A stretch of DNA of 19,622 nt from Chthonomonadales bacterium (GTDB taxonomy: Bacteria; Armatimonadota; Chthonomonadetes; Chthonomonadales; Chthonomonadaceae): assembly GCA_038217285.1 (NCBI GenBank), contig JBBQPO010000094.1, positions 1 to 19,622 on the forward strand, written 5' to 3'. The notes beneath the pieces are model-generated. The model was not told where the DNA came from, ran no database searches, and saw nothing but the letters and a program-made list of their open reading frames with translations. This document shows positions 16,469 through 19,622 of this stretch, one piece after another. The position numbers and the translations under genes are program-made. The first letter of the stretch is position 1, and every line of letters starts with the position of its first letter.

Positions 16469-16495
16469 TAACACCATGCTCGCCCCGAAGGTTCC
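16469..16495 (-). promoter_or_regulatory. Putative autoregulatory ECF promoter GGAAC-N18-GTTA
   Basis: Minus strand reads GGAAC cttcggggcgagcatggt GTTA, fitting the SigR/SigH consensus GGAAY-N18-GTT, about 125 nt upstream of the sigma start. Confidence 0.65.
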
Positions 16496-16541
16496 GCGCC
16501 TCGTCCCGGACTTGAAAAAATCTCCTCTTCGGCCCGCTTCC

Positions 16542-16570
16542 TTGACAGATGAGGCCGAGAGTGGTTCAAT
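16542..16570 (+). promoter_or_regulatory. Sigma70 promoter for sua5/tsaC
   Basis: TTGACA, 17-nt spacer, TTCAAT with a TGn extension. Confidence 0.65.
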
Positions 16571-16603
16571 AGAGAGAGGGAATAAGCGCAGTGAGGAGAC
16601 AGA

Positions 16604-17617
16604 GTGCAGACGACGATAGTACAGATAGATCCCAATAGTCCGGACTTGGAGGCGATAGCGGAGGCGGCGGAACGCTTGCGGCGCGGGGAGATGGTGGCTT
16701 TCCCGACGGAGACGGTTTACGGCCTGGGCGCGAACGCTCTGGATGCCGGGGCCGTCGCACGGATCTTTGCCGCGAAAGGCCGTCCGGCGCGCAATCCCCT
16801 CATCGTTCATGCTTCTGATGTGAGCGCGGTGCAAGAGATCGTCGCCGCGTGGCCGGACGCGGCAGTCCGGCTGGCGGAGCGATTCTGGCCTGGCCCCCTG
16901 ACACTGGTGCTGCCGCGCCGAGAGAGCATTCCCGACATCGTCACAGGCGGAGGGCCGACGGTGGGAGTGCGCATTCCGGCGCATCCTGTCGCGCTGGCGT
17001 TGCTGCAGGCGGCGGGCGTTCCGGTCGCTGCCCCGAGCGCGAACCGCTCGCTGCAGCTCTCCCCGACCTGCGCCGAGCATGTCGCCCGGAGCCTCGGCGG
17101 CCGCATACCCCTGATCTTAGACGGAGGCGCTACCAGCGGCGGCCTGGAATCGACGGTAGTGAGTCTCAGCGGCGACGTTCCCCAACTGCTGCGACCGGGT
17201 CTGCTCAGTCCGGCAGAGATTGAGGCGGTCATTGGGCCGATCCGACGAACTGCAAACCTGCCCCCGGCAGCGGACGACGCCCCCCTCCCCGCGCCGGGAA
17301 TGCTTTCGCGGCACTATGCGCCCTGCGCTCCGCTGGAACTCCACGCGGACAGCACAGCGCGTCTGCACCAACTGCTCGCGCAGGGCAGACGCGTCGGCTG
17401 GCTGACATTCGATCCTGCGCCCCCGCTCCTGCCGGGCCTGGTGGCCCTGTCACTGTCGCATGATCCGGCGCTCTACGCCGTCCGCCTCTATGCCGCCCTG
17501 CATGAACTGGACGCGGCCGACGTTCATGTGATACTGGTCGATATGCCCCCGGCCCAGGAAGCCTGGCTTGCCGTGAGAGACCGCCTGGAACGCGCCGCTG
17601 TCACCGCGCCCATCTGA
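16604..17617 (+). CDS. tsaC: L-threonylcarbamoyladenylate synthase (Sua5-type)
   Basis: VAFPTETVYGLGA, KGRPARNPLIVH, FWPGPLTLVL, AAPSAN, GLESTVV and PGMLSRHYAP, followed by a SUA5 domain. GTG start with SD GAGGAG. Confidence 0.97.
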   Translation: MQTTIVQIDPNSPDLEAIAEAAERLRRGEMVAFPTETVYGLGANALDAGAVARIFAAKGRPARNPLIVHASDVSAVQEIVAAWPDAAVRLAERFWPGPLTLVLPRRESIPDIVTGGGPTVGVRIPAHPVALALLQAAGVPVAAPSANRSLQLSPTCAEHVARSLGGRIPLILDGGATSGGLESTVVSLSGDVPQLLRPGLLSPAEIEAVIGPIRRTANLPPAADDAPLPAPGMLSRHYAPCAPLELHADSTARLHQLLAQGRRVGWLTFDPAPPLLPGLVALSLSHDPALYAVRLYAALHELDAADVHVILVDMPPAQEAWLAVRDRLERAAVTAPI

Positions 17618-17631
17618 AAAAGGAGAAAACT

Positions 17632-18267
17632 ATGCGTTCCCGCGCCCTCGCTGCCCTGCTGCTGATCGGCCTGACACGGACGGCCGTTGCACAGACCGAC
17701 TACCATCCTCTGAAGGTCGGAAAACAGCCTGAAAAGGTAAAACCGAAATATGGTAAACTCGCCTCATGGACGGCAAAGCCGGGGTCGGTAAATCAACTCG
17801 ACCCCGAAAGAGCTTTGTTCGGCTGGTCGATTCGCCCGCCTCGCGGCTTCGTCTCGACGCAAAAGGCGGACGGCACGAACCAGATCTATATTTTCCAGGG
17901 CGATCACCGCGCAGATAACACGGCTCCTGTGCTGTGGGTGATCACAGGAAACGTTCAGCCAAGGGACAACAAGAGGCCATCCGAGGAGACGGTTCTGGAT
18001 CTGTTTATGATACAGTTACACCAGAATCGCGACAACTGGAAAGCGGCTCCGGTCCAGTGGGGACTTCTTCAGGGCAGGAGGTTCGTTCGTTGCCGATGGA
18101 GCGCGTCGGAGAGTCCTGGCGGCAGCCCACACCATGTGCGTGGCACCGTTTATATCACCCTGATAGGCACGAAATTTGCCGCCATCACCTACCAGGACGC
18201 CGACCCCGGCGCGAGCTCCACTCTCGGACCGATGGAGGCATCGGCGCTCTCCTTCCGCAAACGGTAG
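17632..18267 (+). CDS. Secreted hypothetical protein
   Basis: SD AAGGAG and signal peptide MRSRALAALLLIGLTRTAVA; lies 14 nt after tsaC. Confidence 0.8.
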   Translation: MRSRALAALLLIGLTRTAVAQTDYHPLKVGKQPEKVKPKYGKLASWTAKPGSVNQLDPERALFGWSIRPPRGFVSTQKADGTNQIYIFQGDHRADNTAPVLWVITGNVQPRDNKRPSEETVLDLFMIQLHQNRDNWKAAPVQWGLLQGRRFVRCRWSASESPGGSPHHVRGTVYITLIGTKFAAITYQDADPGASSTLGPMEASALSFRKR

Positions 18268-18302
18268 GAGCGGTTCCACACAGGAAGAGGGAGAGAGACA
18301 AG

Positions 18303-19622
18303 ATGACGACTCGGGGCGGTTTGGAGTCGGCTCCAGCGCCTGCGGCGTTGGCTGCGGCGGAGGGTTCGCCTGGGTTCGGGTGGCGTGTGATCTGCGGTCT
18401 CGGTCTGGGAGGCGTCTTCGCGCTCTGCTTCCCGCCTCATCCGCTGCCGCTCCTCCTGCCCCTCGCGCTCACGGGGCTGCTGGCTCTCCTTCAGGGCATG
18501 ACCCCGCGCCGCGCCGCCTACATCGGTCTGGCCTTCGGGGCGGCAGCCTGCGCCCTCTCCTGGCGCTGGCTCTGGGGAATGTTCGGTCCGCCCGCCGTGT
18601 CGCTGTGGGTGATCGGCGGCGCGTTTCCAGCCGTGGTCTGCAGCCTGACCGTCTGGCTGCGCGAACGCCTGCCGCGCGTGCCGTTTCCTCTTCTCGCGGC
18701 GGTCGCCTGGACCGGGATCGAGTATTTCCGCTCGGAGCCTATGGCCCTGAACTTCGCCTGGCTGGGCGTGGGTTATTCGCTGGTGGACTATCCCCTGCCC
18801 TGTCGCATCGCCGCCGTCGTCGGATCGTATGGGGTCAGTTTTCTCGTGGTGGGCTGGTGCGCGTTCGCCCTGACAGGCGGGCGTCTCTCCAGGATCGCCC
18901 TGCGCCTCGCTCCTATGGCGCTGTTGTTCGTGCCGTTCCCGATGGCTCCCCCCGATCTGCCCGATCTGGCCTCGGCGTTCCGTGTACGTCTCGTCCAGGC
19001 CTCTTCGGAGGACGACGAGAGCCTGTTCGGCCTCTCGCAGCTTCCCGCTGCTATACCCTTTCAGGTGATCGTCTGGCCGGAGTACAGCTACGTCAGCGAC
19101 CCACGCGCCAATCCCAAGCTCTGGAAGAAACTGCGGGAGGTGGCTCGCCAACACCACAGCTACTTCCTCTTCGGCGCCAAAGACCAGTTCGACCCGAAAG
19201 ACGATGCGCACTTCCGCAACACCGCGTTTCTTCTCGACCCCACGGGGCTTCTCATCGGTCAGCATGTCAAGAACCATACCGTACATTTCATTCGCGACGG
19301 CGTGCCCGGCACGGACGCCCACGTCTTTCCGACGACCTGCGGCCCGCTGGGCGTGGCGATCTGCTTCGACATGGACTATCCGGATGTGGCGCGGCGGCTG
19401 GCGAACAACGGCGCGGAGAGCTTTCTCGTGCCAAGCGACAATCCGCTGGAGTGGGGGCCTGTGCAGCACGACCAGCATCGACAGATCTTTCAGATGCGAG
19501 CCGTGGAGTGCGGCCGCTGGCTGGCGACCACCGACGTGGCCGGCAGCACCTTCCTCGTCGCTCCCACCGGCCACGTCGTCCAGAGCGTTCCTACCACCGA
19601 CGCCACCACACTCGACGTCACG
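18303..19622 (+). CDS. lnt: Apolipoprotein N-acyltransferase-like (CN-hydrolase) protein, 3' end outside window
   Basis: ATG 18303 opens a frame with multiple TM helices (ALCFPP, WRWLW), then WPE, HVKNH, AICFD and QH...MRAVECGR. Missing from the ORF track because no stop lies in the window. Confidence 0.85.
   Translation, partial: MTTRGGLESAPAPAALAAAEGSPGFGWRVICGLGLGGVFALCFPPHPLPLLLPLALTGLLALLQGMTPRRAAYIGLAFGAAACALSWRWLWGMFGPPAVSLWVIGGAFPAVVCSLTVWLRERLPRVPFPLLAAVAWTGIEYFRSEPMALNFAWLGVGYSLVDYPLPCRIAAVVGSYGVSFLVVGWCAFALTGGRLSRIALRLAPMALLFVPFPMAPPDLPDLASAFRVRLVQASSEDDESLFGLSQLPAAIPFQVIVWPEYSYVSDPRANPKLWKKLREVARQHHSYFLFGAKDQFDPKDDAHFRNTAFLLDPTGLLIGQHVKNHTVHFIRDGVPGTDAHVFPTTCGPLGVAICFDMDYPDVARRLANNGAESFLVPSDNPLEWGPVQHDQHRQIFQMRAVECGRWLATTDVAGSTFLVAPTGHVVQSVPTTDATTLDVT

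Noticed and set aside
18189-19574. 461-aa minus-strand ORF
   Set aside because: Shadow of the + strand Lnt-like gene.

Overview
High-GC bacterial chromosomal window; gene content suggests Armatimonadota or a similar lineage (inference only). Left to right: 3' end of an IS66-family element (1-140); a two-unit palindromic REP-like doublet (353-455); an ankyrin membrane protein; a + strand bcp / KdgK-like kinase / PhyH dioxygenase cluster; a long minus-strand run (secreted hypothetical, ispE, MobA-like nucleotidyltransferase, class-A beta-lactamase-fold hydrolase, metallophosphatase, esterase, prolyl oligopeptidase); an AT-richer accessory segment (about 11.7-13.6 kb); a minus-strand operon of SigH/SigR-like ECF sigma, ZAS anti-sigma, cytochrome b and Tat-exported MsrP-like molybdoenzyme with its own GGAAC-N18-GTTA promoter; then sua5/tsaC, a secreted hypothetical and a partial Lnt-like gene. 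The most interesting features are non-coding or tiny. One is a candidate type I toxin-antitoxin locus (38-40 aa membrane peptide, structured mRNA, convergent antisense -10 and terminator; 11942-12270). Two others are inverted double-hairpin REP-like elements with compensatory base changes (353-455, 14571-14760). The last is a 62-bp orphan copy of an internal gene segment (11415-11476 vs 13544-13605) that brackets the accessory segment.
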